From Gemmatimonadota bacterium (GTDB lineage Bacteria; Gemmatimonadota; Gemmatimonadetes; Gemmatimonadales; Gemmatimonadaceae): a stretch of DNA of 64,000 bases. The number at the start of each line of letters is the position of its first letter. Within the stretch, counting starts at the first letter, position 1. The notes under the pieces are model-generated. The model did no database searches. It was not told where the DNA came from and saw only the letters and a list, made by a program, of their open reading frames with translations. The stretch covers positions 1 through 64,000 of the forward strand of contig JANMLN010000002.1 of assembly GCA_031372565.1 (NCBI GenBank), in the 5' to 3' direction. This document shows positions 26,597 through 36,116 of this stretch, one piece after another. The position numbers were made by a program, and so were the translations under genes.

Positions 26597-28735
26597 TCAG
26601 AACCAGCGCCCGATGCGCACGAACAGCTGGCGCCTGCCATCGCTGTTGCGCCCTTCCTGAACGACGATGCGCCCGAGCGGCGTTCGTGCCTCGATGCCGA
26701 TCCGCGCGCCGTACGACCACACGCCGGCGTACGCGTCCAGCAGACCGGGGCGACTCGACAGGAACTGGTTGCCGAAGGAGATCGCACCGGCATCGAGATC
26801 GAGACGGACGCGCAGCAGCGTGGTGAGCCGCTGTCGGATCGTGACGCTCCCGACCACGGTGTGCTCGCCACGATTCTCGCTCGTCCGCAATCCCGGGAAT
26901 CCCTCCCAGCCGCCGAGCGTGAACCACCGCTGCGCTGGCAGGCTGCTGCCCCATCCGATGCTCGCATGGGGCCGGATCTCGACGTCCCCGACACTCCAGG
27001 CGGTCGCCAGCGCCAGCGTGCCTTGGAGGTACTCGTTGGTGACCCAGGCCTCGAACCGCACCGCATCACTCTCGTCATCGAGCAGCTTCCGCAGCTTGGC
27101 GTACACGCCACCAGCCATGGTGCGACCACGCGTCGGCTCGATCCAGCTGTGTCCGATCACGGCCATGTCCCATTCGTAGGCACGGAGCCGTTTGCCAAGC
27201 CCCACCGAGAGCAGCGCCTCGTTGGTGTTGATGGGCGACACTTCGATGAGATCGGTTCCCGCGCTGACCAGTCGCCGCACCTCCTCGTTGGCAACCGCGA
27301 GTCGCAGACGCACCGGCACGACACTCGACAACGCGACCTGCTGGCGTTCCACCGCCAGCGCCACCTCCTGTCGATACTTGCCGAAGGCGGCGGAGATCGC
27401 ACCCGCGTACTCGGTCCGCAGCAGCCCGCGCTGCGCCGCGCCAACCCAGAGACGACCGACCATGTCGTTGTCATAGGCGACACCGAGTGCCGTGACGCGT
27501 GACGGAGTCCGATCCACGCTGACGTCGAAGCGGGCGATGGAGTCGTTACCCGTCGGATTGAGCCACACGGCGGTGTAGTCCTGCGATGTCCCGAGTGCAT
27601 CGATGGACACGCGAAGGGAGTCGAGCGGCAAGGGCCTTCCGGGGGTCAGGCCCAGGGCGCGACGGAGCGCCATCCGGTCCACCGGGAGCTCATCGGCGAT
27701 GGTCACGAGTCCCGCGCGCACGGGCATGGCGCGCGCGCGCGCTTCGCCGAGCGGCCGCAGGCAGCGGGCCGTGCCAAGCGCCGCATCGGCGGCCAGGCGC
27801 CCGCTCGCGAACAACGAGTCGGCACGCTCGCGTGAGAAGTCGAGATTGGGCGTGTCTTCCGTGTTGTGGCGGATCATGATGTCGTCGGCCCCGAGCGGGA
27901 TCGAGTCGTTCCAGAAGAGGAACTCGCCCAGCTGCGACGCGATCGTCAACGGATCGCGGTGGGAGCGCAGATCGATGCCCTTCGACGGCAGCGCCGAGAT
28001 GATCAGTCGCGTCGCGCCCAGCTCACGCGCGATCTTTGCGGGCACGTTCTCCGTCAACCCGCCATCGACGAGTGGACGACCGTCGATCTCGATCGACTGG
28101 AAGACCAGCGGAAGGGCGAACGACGCACGCACGGCGCGCGCGAGATCTCCCGTTCCGAGCGCGACGGCCCGCCGAGTGCGCAGGTCGGTCGCCACGGCGC
28201 GAAACGGGATCGGCAGGGAGTCGAACGCGCCGCGAGCCAGGAGATTGCCGCGCAGCATGATCCCGGAGAGCAGCGCGTTGAGCTCCCCCTCGCGGACAGA
28301 GCCGGTCTGCAACCGGTAGCCCGTCGCGGGATCTCGCTCCCACAGCGCGAGCACCGGCAGATCGCCGAGGACCGAGGGCAGCTCGGGATCGTACCCGCGC
28401 ACGATGCTGGAGAGGGGCAGGTCGCGCACGATCCGTTCGATGTCCGCACCGCTGTGGCCGGACGAGTAGAGCGCCCCGAGAATGGCACCGATGGAGGTGC
28501 CGACAATGAGGTCGGGACGAATGCCGAGGGAGTCGAGCGCACGAAAGACCCCGGCGTGCGCGAACCCCTTCGCGCCGCCGCCGCCCAGCACGAGCGCGGT
28601 GCGCGCCGGTTCGCACGCGTCGACCCGCTGCGCGGACGCGCGCACGGCGGGGCACATCAGCACGCACGCCGTCGCCAACATCACCGGATGGCGACGTCGA
28701 CGCGAGATGCCGAAGGGCCACAAGCGGGGTATCAT
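26597..28735 (-). CDS. Patatin-like phospholipase with a C-terminal beta-barrel (PlpD/type Vd-like)
   Basis: LVLGGGGAKG, GTSIG, DGG; C-terminal amphipathic strands ending IGRWF; start 28735 or 28681. Confidence 0.82.
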   Translation of the reverse strand: MIPRLWPFGISRRRRHPVMLATACVLMCPAVRASAQRVDACEPARTALVLGGGGAKGFAHAGVFRALDSLGIRPDLIVGTSIGAILGALYSSGHSGADIERIVRDLPLSSIVRGYDPELPSVLGDLPVLALWERDPATGYRLQTGSVREGELNALLSGIMLRGNLLARGAFDSLPIPFRAVATDLRTRRAVALGTGDLARAVRASFALPLVFQSIEIDGRPLVDGGLTENVPAKIARELGATRLIISALPSKGIDLRSHRDPLTIASQLGEFLFWNDSIPLGADDIMIRHNTEDTPNLDFSRERADSLFASGRLAADAALGTARCLRPLGEARARAMPVRAGLVTIADELPVDRMALRRALGLTPGRPLPLDSLRVSIDALGTSQDYTAVWLNPTGNDSIARFDVSVDRTPSRVTALGVAYDNDMVGRLWVGAAQRGLLRTEYAGAISAAFGKYRQEVALAVERQQVALSSVVPVRLRLAVANEEVRRLVSAGTDLIEVSPINTNEALLSVGLGKRLRAYEWDMAVIGHSWIEPTRGRTMAGGVYAKLRKLLDDESDAVRFEAWVTNEYLQGTLALATAWSVGDVEIRPHASIGWGSSLPAQRWFTLGGWEGFPGLRTSENRGEHTVVGSVTIRQRLTTLLRVRLDLDAGAISFGNQFLSSRPGLLDAYAGVWSYGARIGIEARTPLGRIVVQEGRNSDGRRQLFVRIGRWF

Positions 28736-28795
28736 TCCATAGAACGGTATGCGCCCGCTCTCGGGTGCGACACCCCACCTCCTCCCCGAACCGGC

Positions 28796-29530
28796 ATGTC
28801 GTCGAACCGCTTGATCGTCGGGGCAACACTGGCCCTCCTCAGTGCACCCTCGCTCGCGGCCGCGCAGCCGAAGCCCTCGAAACCGCTGGAGCTTTCGGCT
28901 GACCTGGGGTTCGTGAACACGACCGGCAACACGGAAGTCACGACGCTGACCGCCAACTACAAGGTGGGCGTCACATCGGGACCGTGGAAACTGACGCACT
29001 ACTTCGGCACGGTGTACGGCAAGCTCAAGGACAGCGTCAACACGAGCATCTGGCGAACCGGGGTGCGCGCGGATCGTTTGTTCACCGAGCGGTTCGGCCT
29101 GTTCGGGCTCGTGAACTTCGACAAGAACCGGTTCGCCGGCATCGCGGGGCGGTGGGAACAGGGCGCTGGAGCCCAGTGGAAGGCGGTCGCGGAAGCCGAC
29201 GACAAGCTGGACGTGGAACTCGGTCTCTCCGCGATTCAGCAGCAGGCCGTCACCGCCGTGCCCGATCGCAACTTCGCCTCGGGACGCACGGCGTTCAGCT
29301 ACAAGCACAGCTTCTCCGACAAGACCTATTTCCAGCAGAATGCCGAGTATCTGAAGAACCTGCAGAACGGCCCGGACTGGCGCATCAACTCGGAATCGTC
29401 GATCGTCGCGCCGCTGTCTGCCGGATTGGGCATCAAGGTGAGCTATGTGATCCGCTACCAGAACCTGCCCGACCCGGGGTTCCGGGCGACCGATCGGATC
29501 TTCGCCACCGGAATCCAGTACAATTACTAG
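28796..29530 (+). CDS. DUF481 (YdiY-like) outer-membrane beta-barrel protein
   Basis: Signal peptide; LGFVNTTGNT, NRFAGI, terminal GIQYNY. Confidence 0.85.
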   Translation: MSSNRLIVGATLALLSAPSLAAAQPKPSKPLELSADLGFVNTTGNTEVTTLTANYKVGVTSGPWKLTHYFGTVYGKLKDSVNTSIWRTGVRADRLFTERFGLFGLVNFDKNRFAGIAGRWEQGAGAQWKAVAEADDKLDVELGLSAIQQQAVTAVPDRNFASGRTAFSYKHSFSDKTYFQQNAEYLKNLQNGPDWRINSESSIVAPLSAGLGIKVSYVIRYQNLPDPGFRATDRIFATGIQYNY

Positions 29531-29633
29531 GTCGTCCTGAGCGAAGCGAAGGACCTGCCTTTCCTAGGTCGTCCTGAGCGAAGCGAAGGACCTGCTTTTA
29601 CCAGGTCGTCCTGAGCGAAGCGAAGGACCTGCT
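29531..29633 (+). repeat. Three tandem REP-like arms (period 37 bp)
   Basis: GTCGTCCTGAGCGAAGCGAAGGACCTGC at 29531, 29568 and 29605. Confidence 0.93.
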
Positions 29634-29654
29634 TCCCCGCCTTTCAGCTGCCTC

Positions 29655-30173
29655 ATGTCACTCCGCTCGATTCGCACCTGCTGCTGCGCCGCCGCGCTCC
29701 TCTCCGCACCGACGACGGTAGCCGGTGCGCAGAGCGCGGGCAGCGACTCGGCCGACGCCAGAGCCGACAACATGTGGCACGCGTCGGCACGCATGGGAAC
29801 GCTCGCCGTCGGAATCCCACAGAAAGTCTCGGCGTCGTTTCTCCTCGGCGCGGAGCGATACTGGGGCGCGGGCACGCGGCGCAACACGCAGATGTGGTAC
29901 CTGCGCCTCGAACCCGGCCTGTCGGCGAGCAAGGTGGCCATCGGCGTGGGGGCCTGGCAGTTGGCCGACCAGGGCGGCGGCGCGTCGCTGCAGGCAGCGG
30001 TGTTGCGGACGTACGGAAGCCCGTGGTCCACTCCCAAGGACGAGACCTACTGGGGGGTGGAGGCGCGCGGGTTCGTCTGGCTCGTCGGTCCCTGGGTCGG
30101 CTATTACCAGAATGTCGACGGACGCGGCCTCAAGGACGCATTCGTGAGCGTTGGCGTCGCGGTCGGCTTCTAG
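29655..30173 (+). CDS. Hypothetical secreted/outer-membrane protein
   Basis: Signal peptide ending AGA-Q; beta-strand pattern with terminal Phe (VSVGVAVGF). Confidence 0.65.
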   Translation: MSLRSIRTCCCAAALLSAPTTVAGAQSAGSDSADARADNMWHASARMGTLAVGIPQKVSASFLLGAERYWGAGTRRNTQMWYLRLEPGLSASKVAIGVGAWQLADQGGGASLQAAVLRTYGSPWSTPKDETYWGVEARGFVWLVGPWVGYYQNVDGRGLKDAFVSVGVAVGF

Positions 30174-30189
30174 CGACAGCGCTGGCACC

Positions 30190-30657
30190 ATGGCGGACCA
30201 GATGCGGCTCGATCCTGCCACCTTCGATCCGATGACGCTCCTGCCGCATCGGTACCCGTTCCTGCTGCTGGACCGGATCACCGACGTGGAGGCGGGCAAG
30301 AGCGCGCGGGGCATCAAGAACGTGACGGGTGGCGAATGGTGCGTCGGTGAGACCGGCGGCGCGGATCGAGCCCGCGACATGCCGCATCTGCTCATCGTCG
30401 AGTCGCTCGCGCAACTGTCAGCCGCGCTGTTCGCCACGCTGATGGTCGGTGCGGAAGGAGCCGTCGGCTACTTCATGGGGATCGACCGGATGCGCTGCCG
30501 CGGGAGGGCCCGCCCGGGCGACGTCCTCCAGCTGTCAATCACGCTTCGCCAGTTCCGACGCGGCGTGTGCAAGACGCACGGGGTGGCTCGCGTGGGAACC
30601 GTCGATGTCGTACGCGCCGACCTGACGACGATCCTGCGCGCGACGCCCTCCACGTAA
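30190..30657 (+). CDS. FabZ-like hot-dog fold protein (catalytic HFP motif absent)
   Basis: LLPHRYPFLLLDRI, KNVT, LIVESLAQ, PGDVL. Confidence 0.8.
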   Translation: MADQMRLDPATFDPMTLLPHRYPFLLLDRITDVEAGKSARGIKNVTGGEWCVGETGGADRARDMPHLLIVESLAQLSAALFATLMVGAEGAVGYFMGIDRMRCRGRARPGDVLQLSITLRQFRRGVCKTHGVARVGTVDVVRADLTTILRATPST

Positions 30658-30714
30658 CGCAGTGCTCACCGCGCGCATGCTGCTCGTCGGTTCCCGACCG
30701 ACCACGCCGACAAC

Positions 30715-31602
30715 GTGAGCCTCGCGCGCGTGGCGGTCACCGGCGCCGGAGGCAAGCTCGGGCGCATTCTGCTCGACGACCTGTTGTCACACGGGTACGA
30801 GGTTGTCGCCATTGACCGGGTGGCATCGGACCGCGTGCATGCGCGGCTCGAGCACCGGACGCTCGACCTCGTGGATGCCGCCGACGCAGACGCAGCCCTC
30901 GCGGGGTGCCGCGCGCTCATCCACCTCGCTGCCATCACCGATCCGGTCAGTCAGCCCGCGCCCCTCATGTTTGCCACCAACGTGCAGGGCACCTTCAACC
31001 TGCTCGACGCTGCCGCACGACGGGGCCTCGAGCGCGTGCTGCTGGCATCGAGTCAGTCGGTGCTTGGTCACCCGTGGGCGTCACAGCTCCTGCCACTCGA
31101 CTACGTCCCGGTCGATGAGGATCATCCGGCGCGACCGGTCGATCCCTACGCGCTGAGCAAATTGCTCGGCGAACAGATGGGATCGTACGCGGCACGCACC
31201 CACGGCCTGCGCGTGCTCTCGCTCCGCTTCCCGTCTGTCTGGCTGCCGGAGCACTTTCCATGGCGCCCGAACGTGCGGCTCACCGAGTTGGAGCAAGCAG
31301 CCAAGAGCATGTGGGCATACGTGGACGTGCGCGACGCGGCGCGGGCCTGCCGCCTCGCGCTCGCCGCGACATGGGAGGGCCACGAGGTGGTGAACATCAC
31401 GTCGCGGTGGGCCATCGGCGCCGCCCCGGTCCGTGAGTTGCTCGCGGCCTGGTATCCCGGCACCACCGACATGCGTACCGAGCTGGATGACTGCACGGCG
31501 ATCTTCGACTGGCATCGCGCCGAGCGATTGCTGGGCTTCCGCGCACGCTTCCGCTGGTTGCCCGACGGGATTCATGATGTAAGCGAGGAGGCATCCTCGT
31601 GA
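30715..31602 (+). CDS. NAD-dependent epimerase/dehydratase (extended SDR)
   Basis: VTGAGGKLG, HLAA, NVQGTFN, YALSK, YVDVRD. Confidence 0.88.
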   Translation: MSLARVAVTGAGGKLGRILLDDLLSHGYEVVAIDRVASDRVHARLEHRTLDLVDAADADAALAGCRALIHLAAITDPVSQPAPLMFATNVQGTFNLLDAAARRGLERVLLASSQSVLGHPWASQLLPLDYVPVDEDHPARPVDPYALSKLLGEQMGSYAARTHGLRVLSLRFPSVWLPEHFPWRPNVRLTELEQAAKSMWAYVDVRDAARACRLALAATWEGHEVVNITSRWAIGAAPVRELLAAWYPGTTDMRTELDDCTAIFDWHRAERLLGFRARFRWLPDGIHDVSEEASS

Positions 31603-32426
31603 ACCCACGCGTCACCGTGTTGGCCACCGGCCTCGACTTTCCGGAAGGGCCGGCCTTCGCGCCCGACGGCTCGCTCTGGTGCGTCGAGGCGCGCGGCGGC
31701 GCTCTCGTGCGCTGGTCCGCGAGCGGCATCGTGCGGCACAACTCGGGGGGTCTTCCCTGCGGCTTGGCCTTCGACGCGAGTGGCCGGGCCTGGTTCTGCG
31801 ACGCCCGGCAGATGGCCGTGCGCTGGTACGATCCCCGTCGCGATGTGTGGGAGACCGTCGCCACGACGGTCCATGGTGCCCCGCTCAACGCGCCCAACGA
31901 TCTCGCCTTCGACGCGCTCGGCAATCTCGTGTTCAGCTGTCCAGGCGATTCGCGTTTCGAAGCGACCGGATCCGTCTGCTGTCTGCGCCCGGACGGTGCG
32001 GTCACCGTGCTGCACGCGTCCCTGCGCTTTCCGAACGGCATCGCCTTCTCGGCCGACGGCTCGACGCTGTACGTCGCCGAGACTTACGGCATGCGGGTGT
32101 GGAAGGGAAGTTGGAACGCCGACCGTGCGGAGTGGTCCAACGCGGCGCCGTGGGCGGAACTCGGTGGGGAGCCGGGCCCGGACGGCTTGGCGCTCGGCGC
32201 CGATGGCCTGCTGTACGTGGCCGCGCTGCGCGCTGGCTGCGTGAAGGCCGTGGCGGCGAGCGGCACGGTGGTCGCCACGTACGAGGTGCCCGGCCCCCGC
32301 CCGACGAACGTGACCTTCGATCCGTCGGGTGCCTTGGGCATGATCGTCACGGAAGCGGAGCAGGGCACCCTGCTCTCGATGGCCCGCGTCGGTCCGGGCG
32401 TTCCCCCGTTTCGACCCGTGCTTTAA
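31599..32426 (+). CDS. SMP-30/gluconolactonase/LRE-family protein
   Basis: FPEGP, PNDLAFD, FPNGIAFS, PDGLALG, PTNVTF. Confidence 0.9.
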   Translation: MNPRVTVLATGLDFPEGPAFAPDGSLWCVEARGGALVRWSASGIVRHNSGGLPCGLAFDASGRAWFCDARQMAVRWYDPRRDVWETVATTVHGAPLNAPNDLAFDALGNLVFSCPGDSRFEATGSVCCLRPDGAVTVLHASLRFPNGIAFSADGSTLYVAETYGMRVWKGSWNADRAEWSNAAPWAELGGEPGPDGLALGADGLLYVAALRAGCVKAVAASGTVVATYEVPGPRPTNVTFDPSGALGMIVTEAEQGTLLSMARVGPGVPPFRPVL

Positions 32427-32519
32427 GGTCGCTCCCGCTGGCGCGACTCCGGCCGCGTCGCCATTCTCCAGCGTTGCCCGCCGCGTGCGCAAAGTCGTCC
32501 CTCACCCGTGAGCCGTCCG

Positions 32520-33023
32520 ATGCCGGTCACTCTCAAGATCAACGGCAAGTCCACGACCGTGGACGCCCCGCCGGACATGCCGCTTCTGTGGGTTCTCCGT
32601 GACCTGCTCGATCTCAAGGGCACCAAGTTCGGGTGCGGTATCGCGCAGTGCGGCGCCTGCACCGTGCACTTGGCGGGGGTTCCCATACGCTCCTGCTCCA
32701 TGCCCATCTCGGCCGTGTCGGGACAGGACATCACCACGATCGAGGGGTTGAGCAAGGACGGGACGCATCCGGTGCAGCGCGCGTGGGAGGAGATCGACGT
32801 CCCGCAGTGCGGCTACTGTCAGGCCGGGCAGATCATGGTGGCGGCATCGTTGCTCAAGACGAAGAAGAATCCGAGCGATGCCGACATCGACGCTGCCATG
32901 ACCAACATCTGCCGTTGCGGGACGTACAACCGGATCCGTTCTGCGGTGCACCGCGCGGCCGCCCTCCAGTCCGGCAAGGTGACGAGCGCCGCCGGCGCCG
33001 GCCAATCCCCCAACGAGCAGTAG
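32520..33023 (+). CDS. Isoquinoline 1-oxidoreductase-like small subunit, 2x[2Fe-2S]
   Basis: [34 protein letters not shown]. Confidence 0.92.
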   Translation: MPVTLKINGKSTTVDAPPDMPLLWVLRDLLDLKGTKFGCGIAQCGACTVHLAGVPIRSCSMPISAVSGQDITTIEGLSKDGTHPVQRAWEEIDVPQCGYCQAGQIMVAASLLKTKKNPSDADIDAAMTNICRCGTYNRIRSAVHRAAALQSGKVTSAAGAGQSPNEQ

Positions 33024-33032
33024 GAGGCGACC

Positions 33033-35177
33033 ATGACTGCACCCGCGCTGGATCGCCGCCGTTTCCTGCAGGTCACCGCCTTGGCTGGTGGTGGATTGCT
33101 CGTCGGGAGCTACGCCCGCACCGCCCTTGCTGCACCGTTCGGCGCCGAGGGCGACGCGCAGCTCAATGCCTTCGTGCGCATCACGGCCGACGGCAAGATC
33201 ACGATCATGTCCAAGAATCCCGAGGAGGGTCAGGGGATCAAGCAATCGCTGCCCATGATCATCTGCGAGGAACTCGATGTCGAGTGGTCACAGGTGACGA
33301 TCGTGCAGGCCGACAGCGACGAGTCGAAGTACGGCGTGCAGTTCGCCGGTGGCTCGCTCTCGACCCCCATGAACTTCGACAATCATCGGCAGGTCGGAGC
33401 GGCCACGCGCGCGATCCTGGTGGCCGCGGCGGCCAAGACGTGGAACGTGCCCGCCGCCGAGCTGACAACCGCGAAGGGCGTGGTGACGCACGCGGCGTCC
33501 AAGCGTTCGCTGTCGTACGGAAAGCTCGCGGCGACGGCGGCCACGCTGCCGATGCCGGACCTCAAGACGGTTCCGCTGAAGGACCCGAAGACCTTCACGC
33601 TGTTGGGCAAGCGGATTCACGGTGTCGACAACAAGGCGATCTTCACGGGCAAGCCGCTCTTCGGCATCGACGTGACGGTGCCCGGCATGCTGTGTGCCGT
33701 GTTCGAGAAGTGCCCGGTGTTCGGCGGCAAGGTGGTGAGCGCGAACATCGACCACGTGCGCAAGCTCCCGGGAGTGAAGCACGTCGTGGTGGTGAACGGC
33801 GTGGGCACCGCGCTCGACGGCTTGATGCCGGGCGTTGCGGTCGTGGCGGACAGCTGGTACAACGCGAAGATGGCGCGTCAGCAGCTGCAGGTGACGTGGG
33901 ACGAGGGCACCACCGCCCAGCAGAGCTCGGCCTGGTTTGCCGCACGCGCCGCTGAGCTGCTGGCCAAGCCCAGCGAGAAGACCGTGCGCAAGGATGGCGA
34001 TGCCGCTGCCGCGATCGCCGGCGCGGCCAAGACGGTGGACGCCACCTACTTCTACCCGTTCATCAGTCACGCCACGCTCGAACCGCAGAACTGCACCGCG
34101 CACGTGAAGGACGGCAAGGCGGAGATCTGGGCGCCGTCGCAGACGCCGCAATCCGGACGAGACCTGGTCGCCAAGTCGATGGGGCTCGCGCCCGCCGACA
34201 TCACGATCCACCTCACGCGCATCGGCGGCGGATTCGGGCGGCGGCTCAAGAACGACTACATGGTGGAGGCGGCGTGGATCTCGCGCGAAGTCGGCGCGCC
34301 GGTCAAGCTCGTCTGGACACGCGAAGATGACATGCGCCACGGTCACTACCGTCAGGCGGGCTTCCACAAGATGACCGCCGGCCTCGATGCCAAGGGCTCG
34401 CTGGTCGGCTGGCGCAGCCACGTGATTCTCGAGAACGTGCGCGTGGGCGAGTATCCGGGCCGCTTCGTGCCCAACTACTCGCTCGAGCTCTCGGCGCTGC
34501 CGCACGGCATCCCGACCGGGGCGCTGCGAGCACCGGGGTCGAACGGCATTGCATTCGCCATTCAGGGCTTCCTCGACGAGTGCGCCGTGGCAGCCGGCAA
34601 GGATCCGCTGCAGTTCCGCCTCGACCTGCTCACGCCGGCCGTGCCCGCCGTCCAGGGCGACAGCTTTGACGCATCCCGCATGCGCGCGGTCCTCGAATCG
34701 GTGCGCGACCGGTCGGGGTGGGGGAAGCCGCTCCCCGCCGGGCGCGGCAAGGGCGTCGCGTTTCACTTCAGTCACCGCGGGTACTTCGCCGAAGTGGTCG
34801 AGGCGAGCGTCGATGCCAGGGGCGCGGTGACGGTGCATCAGGTGTGGGTCGTGGGCGACATTGGCCACACGATCACCAACATGAGCGGCGCCGAGAATCA
34901 GGTGCAGGGGGGCTGCATCGACGGTGTGTCGGCGGCGCTGGGGCAGGAGATCACGATTGATCGGGGGCGCGTGGTGCAGGCGAACTTCGACCAGTACCCG
35001 CTGCTCCGCATGGCGCAGTCGTTCTCGGTGGACGTGTCCTTCATCCGGTCGCAGAATCCGCCGACGGGGCTGGGTGAGCCGTCGCTGCCACCGGTGATAC
35101 CAGCGCTCACCAACGCGATCTTTGCCGCCACGGGCAAGCGGATCCGGTCGCTGCCGATCGGGAACCAGTTGGCGTAG
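33033..35177 (+). CDS. Isoquinoline 1-oxidoreductase-like molybdopterin large subunit (Tat-exported)
   Basis: DRRRFLQ; EEGQG, HATLEPQNCTA, GGGFGRR, WTREDD, PTGLGEPSLPP. Confidence 0.92.
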   Translation: MTAPALDRRRFLQVTALAGGGLLVGSYARTALAAPFGAEGDAQLNAFVRITADGKITIMSKNPEEGQGIKQSLPMIICEELDVEWSQVTIVQADSDESKYGVQFAGGSLSTPMNFDNHRQVGAATRAILVAAAAKTWNVPAAELTTAKGVVTHAASKRSLSYGKLAATAATLPMPDLKTVPLKDPKTFTLLGKRIHGVDNKAIFTGKPLFGIDVTVPGMLCAVFEKCPVFGGKVVSANIDHVRKLPGVKHVVVVNGVGTALDGLMPGVAVVADSWYNAKMARQQLQVTWDEGTTAQQSSAWFAARAAELLAKPSEKTVRKDGDAAAAIAGAAKTVDATYFYPFISHATLEPQNCTAHVKDGKAEIWAPSQTPQSGRDLVAKSMGLAPADITIHLTRIGGGFGRRLKNDYMVEAAWISREVGAPVKLVWTREDDMRHGHYRQAGFHKMTAGLDAKGSLVGWRSHVILENVRVGEYPGRFVPNYSLELSALPHGIPTGALRAPGSNGIAFAIQGFLDECAVAAGKDPLQFRLDLLTPAVPAVQGDSFDASRMRAVLESVRDRSGWGKPLPAGRGKGVAFHFSHRGYFAEVVEASVDARGAVTVHQVWVVGDIGHTITNMSGAENQVQGGCIDGVSAALGQEITIDRGRVVQANFDQYPLLRMAQSFSVDVSFIRSQNPPTGLGEPSLPPVIPALTNAIFAATGKRIRSLPIGNQLA

Positions 35178-35276
35178 CGCTCGTACTCGTCGGCGTGGCC
35201 GGCAACTCGGGCAACCTCACCAACGATGCAGACGTTACAGCGCTCGCGATCGAACTGGACGCCGCTTTGTGCTCGC

Positions 35277-36110
35277 GTGAACCGATCGACCCTTTCACAC
35301 CGACGTCGGTTGTTCCTGCCGATCGTCGCGTTCTGCCTCCCTGCCGCGACCTCCGCGCAGTCCCACTACGCGCGCCCGCGATCCGACACGCTGCACTACC
35401 GCGAGGTCACCAACGCCGACATACGCATCAGCTCGCCGCAGGGCGCGATCACCGTCACGAGCGAGCAGGAGTCGCAGATCGCCCTCACCTTCGGCGGCCT
35501 CGACTCGGCGCGCGCGTGGTACGAGTCCCTCCTGCTCTCGTCCACATCCCCGCAGGGCACGCTCACGCCCGAGACGGACGCGCTGCTCAAGCAGCCCTTC
35601 CATCTCGCGTTCACCGCGCGCGGCGGCGTCACGCTCCAACGCGCCCCCGCCCTGCCGGCACCGATCGCCGCCATCACCGACCTCAAGCATCAGTTCGACG
35701 ACTTCTTCGTGCGGCTTCCCGATGGCCCGCTCACGATGGGCCGTACGTGGCATGACAGCACCGCGCTGGGTGACAGCACGAGCACCACGTGGTACCGCCT
35801 CCGCACCATCGCGCACTACACCGTGAAGGGCGATACCCTGTTCAATGGCGAACCGGCGCTGGTCATCGGCATGACGCAGGAGATCACGCTCACCTCGGGC
35901 GGCCCCGTGCCGGACCAACCCGTGACCTCGAGCCAACGTCTCGAGGGCAGCGATAGCGGTACCGTCATCTTCTCCCTGACTCGCGGGCGCATGCTCGCGC
36001 GCCAGCGTACGGGCGCGCTCACCGGCAGCATGACGTTCACGACATCCGCCGGCGCCACCATGATGCCGCAGCGCTATGGTTTCGATTCACGCATCGACCT
36101 GCTGCCGTAG
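35277..36110 (+). CDS. Hypothetical secreted protein
   Basis: Signal peptide ending TSA-Q; beta-rich; coding-like codon usage. Confidence 0.65.
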   Translation: MNRSTLSHRRRLFLPIVAFCLPAATSAQSHYARPRSDTLHYREVTNADIRISSPQGAITVTSEQESQIALTFGGLDSARAWYESLLLSSTSPQGTLTPETDALLKQPFHLAFTARGGVTLQRAPALPAPIAAITDLKHQFDDFFVRLPDGPLTMGRTWHDSTALGDSTSTTWYRLRTIAHYTVKGDTLFNGEPALVIGMTQEITLTSGGPVPDQPVTSSQRLEGSDSGTVIFSLTRGRMLARQRTGALTGSMTFTTSAGATMMPQRYGFDSRIDLLP

Positions 36111-36116
36111 CGCGCC

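Noticed and set aside
29531..29633. CRISPR-like array (also 17720-17818)
   Set aside because: Spacers are only 7-9 nt and near-identical, there are no cas genes, and the same unit is dispersed as inverted doublets, so this is a REP-like repeat.
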